DNA of 64,000 nt from Octopus bimaculoides (taxonomy: Eukaryota). The notes below the pieces were generated by a model, which worked only from the letters and a program-made list of their open reading frames with translations, was not told where the DNA came from and did no database searches. Shown piece by piece: positions 1-13,779 of this stretch. The DNA lies in the NCBI RefSeq assembly GCF_001194135.2, contig NC_068986.1:2379116-2443115 (forward strand). Direction: 5' to 3'. Each line of letters begins with the position of its first letter. Positions within the stretch are counted from its first letter, which is position 1. The translations under genes were made by a program, and so were the position numbers.

Positions 1-55
<55 letters not shown>

Positions 56-1216
56 CCTTTATTTATACTTTTATTTTCCCATCGACTTCTTAACTCTTTT
101 TACCTTTTTCTTCTGTGGATTCGACATCATCTGTTCTTCCTGTTACATTCTTTTTATATATAATTCCCTTTCTGTTACTTTTTGTAATTGCTTTTTGATA
201 TTGTTGTGTTGTTGCTGTTACTGTTGTTGGTGGTGGTGATGGTGATGGTGGTGTTGGTGATGGTGGTTTGGTTGTTGCTGTTCTTGTTACTGTTGTTGCC
301 ACTGCTATTGGTCTTTTAACCCTTAATCCGTCTTGGTTGAGCAGTACAACGGTCAAAATTATTCTTGTTACAATGAACAGTCCCTTTTCTGCCTTTACGA
401 CTATATTAACCAATGTCTCCTCCCTTTTTCCAAGACGCTGGGTTGTGATCCGAGCGAACTCCTTTCCGATTCCTGGCATTTCGAATGATTGCATAGAGGC
501 TCCCATTACTGTTGTTTTTATTGTTATAACGAATTTAACTTTTTTTCTTCAATTTCCTTTTTAGTTACCCAAATCTAAATCTACAGGCAAAGCCGAGTGG
601 TTAAGTTCGCTTCGCTATCAACACGTCACGAGTTCAATTTCATCGCGTAATTTCTGACATAAGTGTCATTTACCATAGTCTGGGTCAACCTTAGTTTGAC
701 AGAAACTGTGTAGAAGCCCGATAGATAGATTGCACCTGAAATTCAAAGGTCCGGCCTTGTCATATATCGTGTCCTGCAGATTCAGCCTGAAAATTATATT
801 AAGGGTACCTACAGAATACTCAATCACTTTCGTGTTATTTACCACTCATCTAGTTCCCTCCTTCAAACTGCTGAAAGCACATCATAAAAACCTGTTCTGA
901 AAGTTTGTCCGATTTAACTTCGTGACATTCAATATATTAATACTAAAGATTTCAATAATTGTTGAATATTTTTCGTACTTCTTTCCTCAAAGTTTTTTGC
1001 TACATGTCGTACACGTCGAAATATATTCTGTTATTCGGGGATATTCTATTATTAGGCGTGGTTGTGTGATAGTAAGTTTGTTTCACAACCACATGGTTCC
1101 GGGTTCAGTCCAACTGTGCGGCGCCTCGGGCTTCTACTATGGCCCCGTGCTGACTAAAGTCTTGTGAGTGAATTTGGTAGATGATGGTCATACTCGGTAA
1201 ACGCGAAAACAGCTGC

Positions 1217-1636
<420 letters not shown>

Positions 1637-2043
1637 GCATACATACATACATACACACACACACACATATATATATACATACATACATAAATACATGCAT
1701 ACATGCATTTCGTTGTGTTTACGAGTCCACATGTCGGTGTAGAGTTGTAAACACATACACTTATCTGTGTATTTACGTCTGTGTGAGTGTAGTTGAGTGA
1801 ACATCTATATGCGTATACATTTGTGTATATATCTCTGTGCATGAACATGCGGTGCTGAAATACTTTGTGAACAGTTTATCTACATTTATTCATATGTGAA
1901 TTTTAAACGTGAGCTTTTCAAAATAACTTAGCGCCTTGCACATCATGTTAATGTCCCCTTTCACTGTTCGCTAACCTATATGCATGTGTGTGGTATATAC
2001 ATATTTTAACTGAGTATATATACATTTGTGTGTGTATACTCAA

Positions 2044-2074
<31 letters not shown>

Positions 2075-2580
2075 CGGAGTTCTCTCTCAAACAGAGTCGA
2101 CATTTTACCGTGAAAAAACAACTTCACATGTGCTTCGGAAAACCTAACATATATATTAACTTCCTCAGGATGTCGAGAGCAATACATAGGACAAACCAAA
2201 AACGGTCTACGCCAAAGGATGACACTTAATAGATCCCAAATTAAAATTTGAGAATTCAGAAAAATAGCACTCAGCGAACACATCGACGTTTGCGCTACTA
2301 ACGAACAACCCAACTTCAGAGACGATGCATTAGCAAAGAGTTATATTTTATCGAAAAATATGAACCCCTTTTGAATGCCTCCACCACAAATGACACTACT
2401 ACAAGGGCCTTAGAATAATACCCACGCGAATATTAAAAACGATATATTCAGAACAGAACAATTCCAATCACTACTACTATAACCATAACAGGTCACTTTT
2501 AGGTCACCATTTAAGAGCACTTCACCAACAACCTACTACTGTCGTACCACTTCCATATTTTTCTCTTCGTTTCCAACTTC

Positions 2581-2668
2581 CTCTTCTTCTTCTTCTTCTT
2601 CTTCTTCTTCTTCTTCTTCTTCTTCTTCTTCTTCTTCCAATTCTTCTTCTTCTTCTTCTTCTTCTTCT

Positions 2669-2703
<35 letters not shown>

Positions 2704-2710
2704 TTCTTCG
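2581..2710 (+). repeat. (CTT)n microsatellite
   Basis: Direct reading; explains the poly-Arg ORF. Confidence 0.97.
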
Positions 2711-2970
2711 CCGTCTCCTTCCTCGGCTACTGCTGCTTAAACAATTAAAATCAAGAATCCACATCCCTCATATTAAATATTCCTTCAGACCTGCTACTAC
2801 CTACCTGCCGAGCCTTNNNNNNNNNNTTCTTCTTCCTCTTCTTCTTCTTCTTCGCCGTCTCCTTCCTCGGCTACTGCTGCTTAAACAATTAAAATCAAGA
2901 ATCCACATCCCTCATATTAAATATTCCTTCAGACCTGCTACTACCTACCTGCCGAGCCTTCACAAAAGTA

Positions 2971-3053
<83 letters not shown>

Positions 3054-3341
3054 AAAAAGGAAAATGTCCCATGTATTTGAAAACTATGGAAATAATTTTT
3101 AAAAACGTTTCATTTCATTTTTCTACGATGTAATTGTTTTTCATGCTTTATTCTAAGTTGAAAAAGTTGCAAAGACTGAAACCGGTACTAAAATGTTTTT
3201 CATGATAAAATTATTTTAGCATTTTCTACCTTGTCCTGTTTCTGTTTTCCTTATACATATCAACTCGTGTGTTATTTTTAACCTTCTACATATATATGTG
3301 TGTGTGCGTATGTTTGTATGTATATGTGTGTGTGTATATAT

Positions 3342-3505
3342 AGGCATAGGAGTGGCTGTGTGGTAAGTAGCTTGCTTACCAACCACATGGTCCCGGGTTC
3401 AGTCCCACTGCGTGGCATCTTGGGCAAGTGTCTTCTACTATAGCTTCGGGCCGACCAAAGCCTTGTGAGTGGATTTGGTAGACGGAAACTGAAAGAAGCC
3501 TGTCG

Positions 3506-3506
<1 letters not shown>
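3342..3506 (+). mobile_element. tRNA-derived SINE family A (best-preserved copy)
   Basis: A-box-like GTGGCTGTGTGGT, B-box-like GGGTTCAGTCCC, CORE-like CTTGGGCAAGTG. Other copies at ~585-720(+), 1054-1200(+), 4893-4945(+), 16256-16403(+), 25022-25160(+), 27195-27340(-), 28147-28275(-), 28322-28473(+), 32045-32150(-), 47075-47232(-), 59170-59315(-). Confidence 0.85.
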
Positions 3507-3536
<30 letters not shown>

Positions 3537-6374
3537 ATGTGNNNNNNNNNNNNNNNNNNNNNNNNNNNNNNNNNNNNNNNNNNNNNNNNNNNNNNNNNNN
3601 NNNNNNNNNNNNNNNNNNNNNNNNNNNNNNNNNNNNNNNNNNNNNNNNNNNNNNNNNNNNNNNNNNNNNNNNNNNNNNNNNNNNNNNNNNNNNNNNNNNN
3701 NNNNNNNNNNNNNNNNNNNNNNNNNNNNNNNNNNNNNNNNNNNNNNNNNNNNNNNNNNNNNNNNNNNNNNNNNNNNNNNNNNNNNNNNNNNNNNNNNNNN
3801 NNNNNNNNNNNNNNNNNNNNNNNNNNNNNNNNNNNNNNNNNNNNNNNNNNNNNNNNNNNNNNNNNTATATATATATATATATATATGCATACATATATAT
3901 GTGTATATATGTGATCACTACTGTTTGTGATGGCTCTCTCAGACATGCCGTCAGCTATACACTCAGTCACTCTCTGCTCATTATATCGTTACTACCTCTG
4001 AACTAGACAGTTGTGTACCTCCTCCACGCAAGCCTACCCAAGCCCACCCGAAACATCTTTTTACCTTTTCTCACACTCCAAACGTGTGTCACTACCCAAT
4101 CCCCGCACTTACTACTACTCCACCCATTCCTCTCAAGACACAGTACTAACCCGCTACTTTCTGACTGTGCCCTAAAAATAACTATATTTCAAAAAATAAA
4201 TTACATTAACAAATTACTCAGAGACGCCATTCGCACGAAAAATTCATAGTTAAGTTAGTGTTAACATATCTAATGCGGACCCATTAAAAAGTGAATTAGA
4301 AGTAATTATGTGATGAAAAGACAATACCAATCAACGGTAATTGTTAATTAACATAATTAATGTGATGTGGAAAAATAACAATGTTATGTACAAGACTGTA
4401 CGGATATTATTATAGGAAAATAGAAACGTTTAGAAATGAAATAGTTCAACGACATCATCCAAATATCTCTGTCTTTATATATAAGCCCACAGGGTCCGTT
4501 GTTCAGCTAGATATAACTCCCGAACAAGTTTCTTAAAGTACAGAATCCATGGGCTGTTATCGTCTGGAGGCACTCCACTACAACTGAGAGTTAAACCAAT
4601 AAGAGATGAGATGCTTTTCATCATATTTATTCGCTCTTAGTCGCCTTAGGGGTAAACAATAACACCAACAACAACAAATACGACCTAACTATGCATTTTA
4701 TTTAACAACTTTATTTTTCATCCAAAAGATACCCCTGTGATATTTACCTCAAGCTTTATGCTGTGCCGTCACGCGATGTATATATGCATACTCTGAATAT
4801 ATATATATATATATATATACAGGGAGAGAGAGAGAGAGAGATACATACATACAAACATACATACATACATACATTCATACACGTGGAAGGCGCAGGTATG
4901 GGTGTGTGGTAAATAGTCTGCTTCCCAACCACATGGTTCTTGCGACAAGTCTTAAGAGAGCTTATCAGTCATACTGACACATGCCTTCAGCCCATTGTGA
5001 ACATTTTCATTGAGTATTTTGCCTTCCTGGACTACAGCCAGCCGTGGGTAATAGATGATATATTGGTTTCAAATTTTGGCACAACACCAATAGGTTTGAT
5101 GAGGGGTAAGTCGATTAAATTGATCCCAGTGCTCAACTAGTGCTTATTTTATCGACCCTGAAAGGATGAAAGACAAAGTCGACTTCGGCGGAACGTGAAC
5201 TCAAAGCGTAGAAATGGATAGACATGTTTAAAAGTCAGATGATGCCTCTACCTGAAGCTGAGGAAAAGCCTTACACAGAGCCAAACACATTCCCTAAACA
5301 GCGCATGCATTTTCTTCACAAGAAGAACATCATTGGATGCAAATGAAATCGCAGGTACTACATAAGAACTCGTCTACAAAGATGCCTAAACAAAAGCTTG
5401 GGGTCTCTTACTCCCAATGTTGGATGGCCGTTGACTTTACTGATTTCATTCACTCTTTAACAGGTTTTGTTTTTGTTCTGTAGCGTAGGGCATCCTACGA
5501 AAACCACCCTCCTCATTACCAAGCAGGCTTGGTAGGGTTGCCAATTTAGTCTCCGACGGCCTGACCATGTGACGCATTGAACTGGGTTAAATGTTACCAA
5601 TAATACTAAGAGATTCGTAACATATGTACGTATAGCTGACATGGTCTAATAATACTGAAATGCGTCCGGAGCTGTCACCCTATTTACCATAGAACAGATT
5701 ATCCTTCATCTCACGTCTGCTTCTAATCATATCCTATATTACAAAAGTGAAGCGGATCTCCGTCTGTTTGTCTGTTTGTCCGTTACAACATCTACTAGAC
5801 GGAGGGAAAGAAGGGGAGGAATCAAAAATATATTTCACGATATATTTTCACACGAAGGTGAAGAGAAAAAGTTGTCGAGAGAGAGAAATACAGTGTGTGT
5901 GAGAGAGAAAATGAGAGAGAGTTTGTGTGTGTGTGTGCGCGCGCGAAGGTGTATGTGAAAGAAAGATAGATAGGTAGTGTTGTCACCATAGTAACTAACG
6001 AGACTTTCACTTTATAACAGTCTACTATTAAAAAAAGGTATGTGTATGATTAACGAATATTTTTACCGGCCGCGTAGCAAAAGATAAAGACCTACTTTTG
6101 ATTAGTTGGAACTCTAGTGAGTCAAACCATTCCAAAACATATTTTTATCACTTTGAGTTCTATGCTAAAATTCCTTAACGTGAAACTTATCTTCTCTTTG
6201 ATTTCCATGCTCATTGACTTCCGTGTAATATGAAGTCAATGGTAAAATAGAATTTACGCTACGGATCCCCGAATTCTGGCAAGAGATTCAAGAGTGCGAT
6301 GTTTCTGTTTCGGGTGATACCCTGTATAGTCTTCATCGTGCCCTCTTGCCATCTGGAGTCAACGCCTATTCTAG

Positions 6375-6378
<4 letters not shown>

Positions 6379-6469
<91 letters not shown>
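6379..6469 (+). repeat. (CT)n microsatellite
   Basis: Direct reading. Confidence 0.98.
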
Positions 6470-6471
<2 letters not shown>

Positions 6472-7699
6472 TTTTTTTAAACCTCACCATTAAGACATCA
6501 CACCTCTGCTAAAATTATATTCTTAACTCTCCTCCTCTATGTCATCACTACCTTCAACTAACTTTTTTAACTACGTAATAAATATTAAGTTCCCCCACCT
6601 CACGTCATGGACGCTTCTCTCTCCATCTTTTTCTCTCTCCATCTTTTTCTCACTCTTTTTCTTTCTCCCTTTCTGTCTCACTCTTAGCCTTATCCACATT
6701 TTCTCTCTCCTTTTTCATTCTCCTCTCTTTCTCTTCAACAAATCGCATGAAGACGTTACAATTGCATTCCCTCTACCTTACGTCATAAACGCTTCTATCT
6801 CCCTCTTTTCTTCTCCCTCTTTTTCTCTCCTTCTTTCTTTCTCCTTCATTTTCTCTAATCACGCGAAAGCGTTACCGACCAGCTAAATAACTAGTCTATT
6901 GATCAGTTGAGAAAAACTGAACGACCTAAAGATATTAATGCTCCTTTCGTCGGAGCCATTTCTGGTTATAACAAAGCAGAACACAGAAGGAATGGTCTGT
7001 CCATGGGGGAGGGAAGAAAAGAGGGAAAGAGCCAAGTAGAATAGAAATATATAAATATGTATGTGTGTATATGCACACACACACTTATATAAACACATAG
7101 TATACATATGCATAAACATATATACACATATATGCGTGTATGTATATATATATGTATATGTGTGTGTGCGTATATATATTTGTATACATGCATGCATATA
7201 CATATACACACACACACATATATGTATGTATGCATGTATGTATGCCGTGTCATTTTCATCTCGGTCGTCTACTATCTATGCACCGTAAGCCAGGTAGAAG
7301 AGAATACGAGAAAGCCGAAACCCCGTACTGGGTATCACGTCTGCCAGTGGGTTTCAGTTATGGCCGGTCAGGTATCAGCAAAGTACTTGGACTACACGAT
7401 ATCAGTGACTACTCGTAGTTCTTCTACAGTTACATTAGGAGTTTGTCATGTCAAGTGTCAGGTTTAGGTATACTGAAGGACAGAGAGAGAAACTAGAGTG
7501 AATCGGTTGGAGCGGGACATTCGGATAAATTTGCTGTTAGGTATACTTAAATGCATTTAACCTTGGCAGAATGATGGCTAGCTGGCATGATAGGGTGTCA
7601 GACATCCAGGATATGTGATAACCAGCCTGTCAATGATTTGTGTCCTCTCCAATAGTACTGTGTAGCGTCTTGAGTGAAAAATTGCCAAATGCTTGATGT

Positions 7700-8140
7700 C
7701 GAAGGATACGCTATTCGATGCATTTTTCTGGTATTCGCCTTTTCTTGTGTTAGTCATACTAGCTGTCCTACTTCTTTATCAAAGAAAAAAGACACTACTC
7801 TGTGATTCTGGGGTAACTATAGGACAAATATCTTCCTCCAGTCTTCAAAGCAAAAGTTTTGCATTGCAAATACCTTGCCAACGGCTTCCAAAAGAGTGAT
7901 ATCATGATAGTCACCACGCAAATATTTCTTCACCTTTGCCTTCGTCTAGCGATAACAGAATACCATTAATCCAGTATTGTAGAATCAGGGTCCCGTTCCA
8001 ACTATTAATAGTGAAGTTCTTTATTTTGTTTATTGCATCTTTTAAATTATCGCTTCCGACTTTCAGCAGTTTGAATGGCAGGCTGTTTTGACCTGGTGCT
8101 TTGCCAGAATTAACCTGTTTGAAATAGACGAAATGACTGA
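7700..8140 (-). mobile_element. Degraded RTE-type RT N-terminal fragment
   Basis: Minus-strand translation gives KQVNSGKAPGQNSLPFKLLKVG and, after a frameshift, GDYHDITLLEAVGKVF, resembling KAPGxD...NYRGITLL. Confidence 0.6.
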
Positions 8141-8605
8141 GTCAAAACCTTGAAATCACAGTACTGTATTTCAAGCGATATATAAAAAAAAAACCGTACC
8201 TAAACAGGCACTGGTGTCTCGATTGGCTGGTTAGATTGTTAAAAAAATATGTATTAATACTGCATCTATCGCTAATATATATATATTTTAACAAGCTAAC
8301 TGGCTAATCGCGACATCAGTGCCTGTTCGGGAACGGATTTTCTATATATCACTAGCGAGAAGATGAGTCGCTGTTACATCTAGCGGCCGAACATCCATCA
8401 CCGATGAAACTAAGTTAGGTCGAAATCACGTGATCTGGTGGTCTTGGCGCTCGTGATATAAACAAAGAAGAGTGTATTCTGCACCGAGAGCTTATATGAG
8501 AGGTTCTCTCTTGGTGTCTTCTGCAGTAAGGTTTGTTCCAACAGAGCATCCACGTTTAAACGAGAATAAGTATTACCTCTTCGTATTAATACTGCCTTTG
8601 TCTCT

Positions 8606-8637
<32 letters not shown>

Positions 8638-8753
8638 CATGATGCATACATCCATCCATCCATCCATACATACATACATGCATGCATGAATGCATACATA
8701 CATACGTACATACGTACTACATGCATGCATGCATCCATCCATCCATCCATACA

Positions 8754-8786
<33 letters not shown>

Positions 8787-9056
8787 GTGTTTGAATTTGC
8801 ACACAAACAAACACAGACAATGAGCAGGAAAATACCATTTCCTGCAATTTGTTTTTATTTTATATTTTTCCATGCGACCATATTGTCCACTGTTAGTACA
8901 TGTATAGATATATATCCGTGTTGACTGCCGTGGGTGAATGGTATATTTTTATAAACAAACTCAGGAGCGATTTGGTATTTTACACTTCCAACGCAGAATA
9001 ACTATAAAAACGGATTAGAATATCGGTTAAATACACTGAGGAAATGGATGCAGCAA

Positions 9057-9130
9057 GCCGCTACAGAGAATAGAAGCCGGTACCGCTCTAATGCCAGACA
9101 AGCGTGCTGTACCATTACGCTAAGCGATCC
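9057..9130 (-). pseudogene. Degenerate tRNA-like sequence (SINE head or tRNA pseudogene)
   Basis: GGATCGCTTAGCGTAATGGTACAGCACG...GGCTTCTATTC with A/B-box-like spacing; I could not fold a full cloverleaf. Confidence 0.3.
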
Positions 9131-9385
9131 TTAACAGCCGGCACTATCTTTCATATCTTAATAAGACAAAAATATTTTAATTTGGTAAAATGATCATTTT
9201 TTTTTTTGTCATTTTTTTACGCATTTTTTTATAGTAATATTTTTTGACGTGATTATCACCATAAGATTCATCTCGTAGAACTTTTTTTTTATTTGAACAC
9301 AACTGTTGTATGGTTTTCTTCAATATTAGCTGTGGTATTCTGATTCGAAGTCAATTTAGGGGGATTACTTACCATTTTTTTTGCG

Positions 9386-11450
9386 ACTTCTTCTTAATCC
9401 TTTTTGCCCCTTGTGGAACATAGGGTCTCAACAGTTATTTTCCACTTTTTGTGGTCATTGGCGTGTTTCTTGGCTGCTTCCCATGTCAGGCCGGTGGTCC
9501 TGAACGCGTCCAAATGCTCCGCTTCCATGTCTGCTTCGGGCGTCCTCGCTTCCTTTTCTTCTGCGGGTTCCAGACAAGTGCTTGTCGTGTCACATTTAAG
9601 GATTCTTTCCGCAGTGTGTGTCCGATCCATCTCCATTTCCTTCGTATAATCTGAACATGTATGGGCTCCTGGTTGGTCCTTTCCGACAGGTCGGTGTTTG
9701 GCACTCTGTCGAACCACTTCAGATGGAGGATCTGCCGAACAATCTTACGACACTATGTCCCATTTGTTGATGTCCCATTTGTTGATGTCCCATTTGTTGA
9801 TGTCCCATTTGTTGATGAAGGTCTGGATCTTCTTGTAGTTGCTGCAGGTGGCTCTCCAAGCTTCAGAGCCATACAAAGGCACAGATTTTATGTTTGAACT
9901 AAATAAGCGGAGTTTAGTTCGAGTTGAGATGGCAGTGGACTTCCATACCGGCCGAAGAATAACGAAGGCTTGCCAAGCCTTCTTGCTTCTTGCAGTGATG
10001 TCTTCGTCTGATCCACCTGATTTTCTGATCTTGCTGCCAAGATAGACAAACTCACTAACGTCCTCCACAGGTGTCCCTTCGATTGTGATTGGCTCTTCCT
10101 GCTTGTTCTTGATACGCAGCACTTTTGTCTTTTCCTGGCTGATCCTCAAGCACACTCACCGTGAAGTTTCTTTCAGGTGGTCTACCTCATCTTGCATGTC
10201 TTGCAGGCGATGTGACAGTAGCGCGAGATCATCTGCGTAGTCCAAGTCCTCCAGCTTGTTCATCAGTGTCCACTGAATACCTTTTCCGGAGGTAGTGTAG
10301 GCCGTCCTGGTGACCTAGTCCAGCACAATGAGGAACAGGAGTGGTGACAACAAACAGCCCTGTCTGACTCCCGTGCTGACCCTGAATTCATCCGACAATC
10401 TCCCAGCATGGATGACCTAGCAAGAAAATTCCTTGTAGAGTAATCGAATAACACCCACGATCTTCTCTGGCACACCATAGTGTCGTAAGATGCCCCAGAA
10501 TGTCTGCCTGTCTACGCTGTCAAATGCCTTTTCAAAGTCGACGAAGCACACGTAGAGTGACGTTTGCCATTCCATTGTATGCCNNNNNNNNNNTGCCTGT
10601 CTACGCTGTCAAATGCCTTTTCAAAGTCGACGAAGCACACGTAGAGTGACGTTTGCCATTCCATTGTATGCCTGTCCACGCTGTCAAATGCTTTTTCAAA
10701 GTCGACGAAGCACACGTAGAGTGACGTTTGCCGTTCCATTGTCTGCCCCACAATGACTCTGAGCGTTGCAGTCTGGTCCGTGCATGACGTCATCTCTGAG
10801 TTGCTTGTCAATTGTATCTTTCGATCGCTCCGGGATGATTCTTGTAAGGACTTTGCTTCGAATGGAAAGCAAAGTAATTCCCCTCCACTTTCCGCATTGT
10901 GATAAATCCCCACTCTTCGACAGCTTCACCAAAAGACCCTTCTTCCAATCAGTTTGGATCTTCTCTGTCGTCCATACCAGGTTCAGCACATTGGGCAAAT
11001 GATCGATCATCTCTTCTCCTCCTGCCTTCAGTGCCTCTGCTGGTATGCCGTCCACTCCTGCCACCTTTAAGCTCTTCACGGCTTTGCGGATTTCTGGCTT
11101 GGTGATTTCTCCAATGTGGATATTGAGCGGGATCCCTGGCTCCAATTTTAGTGGATCTTGAGGTGGAGGGCGGCTAAGTGTTTCTTGGAAGCGTTCCTTC
11201 CATCTCGCCAGTCCGGCCTAGTCCTTTATTGGTCTGACGGGGTTGCCTCTCCTTCCACTCAGTAACCTTATTGTTGCATATACTACCATCAAGTCTCCTT
11301 TCTTCGCTACTGTTTCCGCTTCATCGGCCACGTCATTGAAGTATGTTTATGTTCTTCTGTCTCTCCTTTGTTTCTTCTTGACTTTTCTCACCACCTCACT
11401 AGACTTACTGGCGACAGCCTGCTTCTGCTGATGGGCTCTGGATTGGTTCG
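9386..11450 (-). mobile_element. 5'-truncated RTE-clade LINE (RT domain and C-terminus), frameshifted
   Basis: ORF fragments with FVDFEKAFDS, KWRGITLLS, TGVRQGCLLSP (read from 10350-10380), LDYADD, EFVYLGS, WRWIGHTLRK; short (GAA)n tail at ~9386-9395. Confidence 0.92.
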
Positions 11451-11879
11451 CGGCTTAAAGCCATACAACTTTTTTTCTAAAAAATACTTTTTAGCGAGGT
11501 TTTCACTTAAAGATTCTTCCCAATTTGCATATTCTTTTAAACCTAATTAATCTATACTTTTCTTTTAAAATAACTGAGATATTTTTATTCAAAGTCAATT
11601 TTTCGCCTTACTCTCCCCTTTTTAACCTCACCTATTTGACTTTTAAATGAACCTATTTTTTTCAATGAACGAAATTTCAATTATTTGATCTCAAAATGTA
11701 GTCAAAGATTAGACCATCATCGCTCAAAAAACGCATTCAATTTGGTTGAGAACTGAATTAGTGATGAAGCCTAGAAAATGCTCGCGAATAACTAAAAGCT
11801 GACCTTAATAATATATTCACCCAATACTGTGGGTGAATTTTACATATATAGAAATTACACAACTAAATATGGAAAACAC

Positions 11880-12290
11880 ATATAGAAATTACTCAACTAA
11901 ATATGGAAAACAAGCTCAGTCGATTTGCAACTGGTATAAGCAATTTAAAGAAACGGAAACGGTGCTACATAAACTTAGAATTGGAAGGCCAGGGACATCT
12001 AAAGAAGATATTGAACGTATCCGTCAGTCATTTCGACGTTCCCCCATCTTTGTCCATCCGTACTGCTTCCGCTCAACTGAAGCTATCGAGATCAATAATT
12101 CATAAAGTGCTTTATATAAATCTGAGACTTTATGCATATAAAATTCAATTATTGAAAGCAATTAAGGTAACTAACAAACTGCAACGAAAATAATTTACTG
12201 TTACAATCCTGTAAAAAATCAAAGATGACTTCCTTAATCGTATTTGCTTTATAGATGAGGCAACCTTCCACTTCATATCATGTAAACATT
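11880..12290 (+). mobile_element. Tc1/mariner transposase remnant
   Basis: WYKQFKETETVLHKLRIGRP (HTH region), AYKIQLL, and ICFIDEATFH (first catalytic D). Confidence 0.75.
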
Positions 12291-12589
12291 TCAGCAGAGT
12301 CTAGTTTCCGTTATAATTTTAATAGTTATTTTCTATTTGTCCAATTATTTTGTGGATACTCTGCATTCTAGGTCCGGAAGAAAGTTCTGTCGCACTTTTG
12401 ACATTGATCACTATGAAGCGATTTTGGTACCTTTTCAAAGCTTACAGTAAAATAAACATTAAATTTTACGTTTTTATGTTTTCTTCTTTCTTTGCAGATT
12501 ACTTTATACCACAGCGGTTAAATTCGTATCGATTTCACTCTTTTAAAATAAGTTCCGATCAGACACTGTATGCTTTCTTATTTCATAAG

Positions 12590-12770
12590 TTGTTCTTCTA
12601 GAATGGAAGCAGCAAGAAATATTCGTTTTGTCTATGGAAATGAAGCTTTAAGTGTCCGGACATACCAACAACAATTCAGTTTCAATCAGAAAATCTTTTT
12701 CTCGTAGATTCCACTAGATCTGGACAACCAAGTTCTGTCGATACTGAGCTCCTTAAAATCCAAAGCAAAC
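12590..12770 (+). mobile_element. Mariner transposase N-terminal remnant
   Basis: EAARNIRFVYGNEALSVRT...DSTRSGQPSSVDTELLK resembles the mariner HTH/RSGRP motif. Confidence 0.65.
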
Positions 12771-13469
12771 TTTATTTAGAGGGAAAAGAGTTTATCAATT
12801 TAGAAGAGATAAATAATACTGAGTGTTTCTTTACTTCCAAACCTGAAGAATTTTACGCCCAAGGGATCCACAATTAGCCAAATAAATGGCATTACGCTAT
12901 CAATAATGAGAGAAAATATTGATTTCAAATTCTCGCACAAGACCAGCAATTTTGCGGGAAGGGTCAAGTCGATTAAATCGACCACAGTCCTCAACTGGTA
13001 CTTATTTTATCGAACCCGAAGGGATGAAAGGCAAATTCGACCTCGGTGGAATTTGGATTCAGAACGTAGAGACGGATGAAATGCCGCTAAGCATCTTGCC
13101 CAGCGTGTTAACGATTCTGCTTGCTCGCCGTCTTAAATTATGGAAAACATTACCTTGAATTATATGTAATAATTAAACCAAAGAAGTATTTGCTTGTTTT
13201 CCATCTTGAAATGCGACAGGGCTTTCTTTTTNNNNNNNNNNNNNNNNNNNNNNNNNNNNNNNNNNNNNNNNNNNNNNNNNNNNNNNNNNNNNNNNNNNNN
13301 NNNNNNNNNNNNNNNNNNNNNNNNNNNNNNNNNNNNNNNNNNNNNNNNNNNNNNNNNNNNNNNNNNNNNNNNNNNNNNNNNNNNNNNNNNNNNNNNNNNN
13401 NNNNNNNNNNNNNNNNNNNNNNNNNNNNNNNNNNNNNNNNNNNNNNNNNNNNNNNNNNNNNNNNNNNNN

Positions 13470-13526
<57 letters not shown>

Positions 13527-13779
13527 GTATGTCATTGTTCAGTTTTATTTCAAGATTTCTTCCCAATAGAAAAAGAGCCGATTTCTAACCTAGATCCAAA
13601 GCTCCTTTATTTGAATTTCAACATCAACAGGGTATGTATGTATGTATGTATGTAAGTATGTATGTATGTATGTATGTATGTATGTATGTGTGTAGATTTG
13701 TATATTTTGCTTTATGTATGTATTCTCATGCATATAGTTACATATCTAGACATGCTCATATATATTTAGATGATAAACT

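Noticed and set aside
90-564. 138-aa and 98-aa ORFs
   Set aside because: Driven by (GGT/GTT)n low complexity; no start or splice context and no family recognised.
2680-2960. Exact ~135 bp direct duplication
   Set aside because: Copies flank a 10-N gap; typical scaffold overlap artefact.
10504-10673. Identical 80-bp units in the RTE
   Set aside because: The first two units are identical across a 10-N gap, probably an assembly overlap; only the diverged third copy is counted as real.
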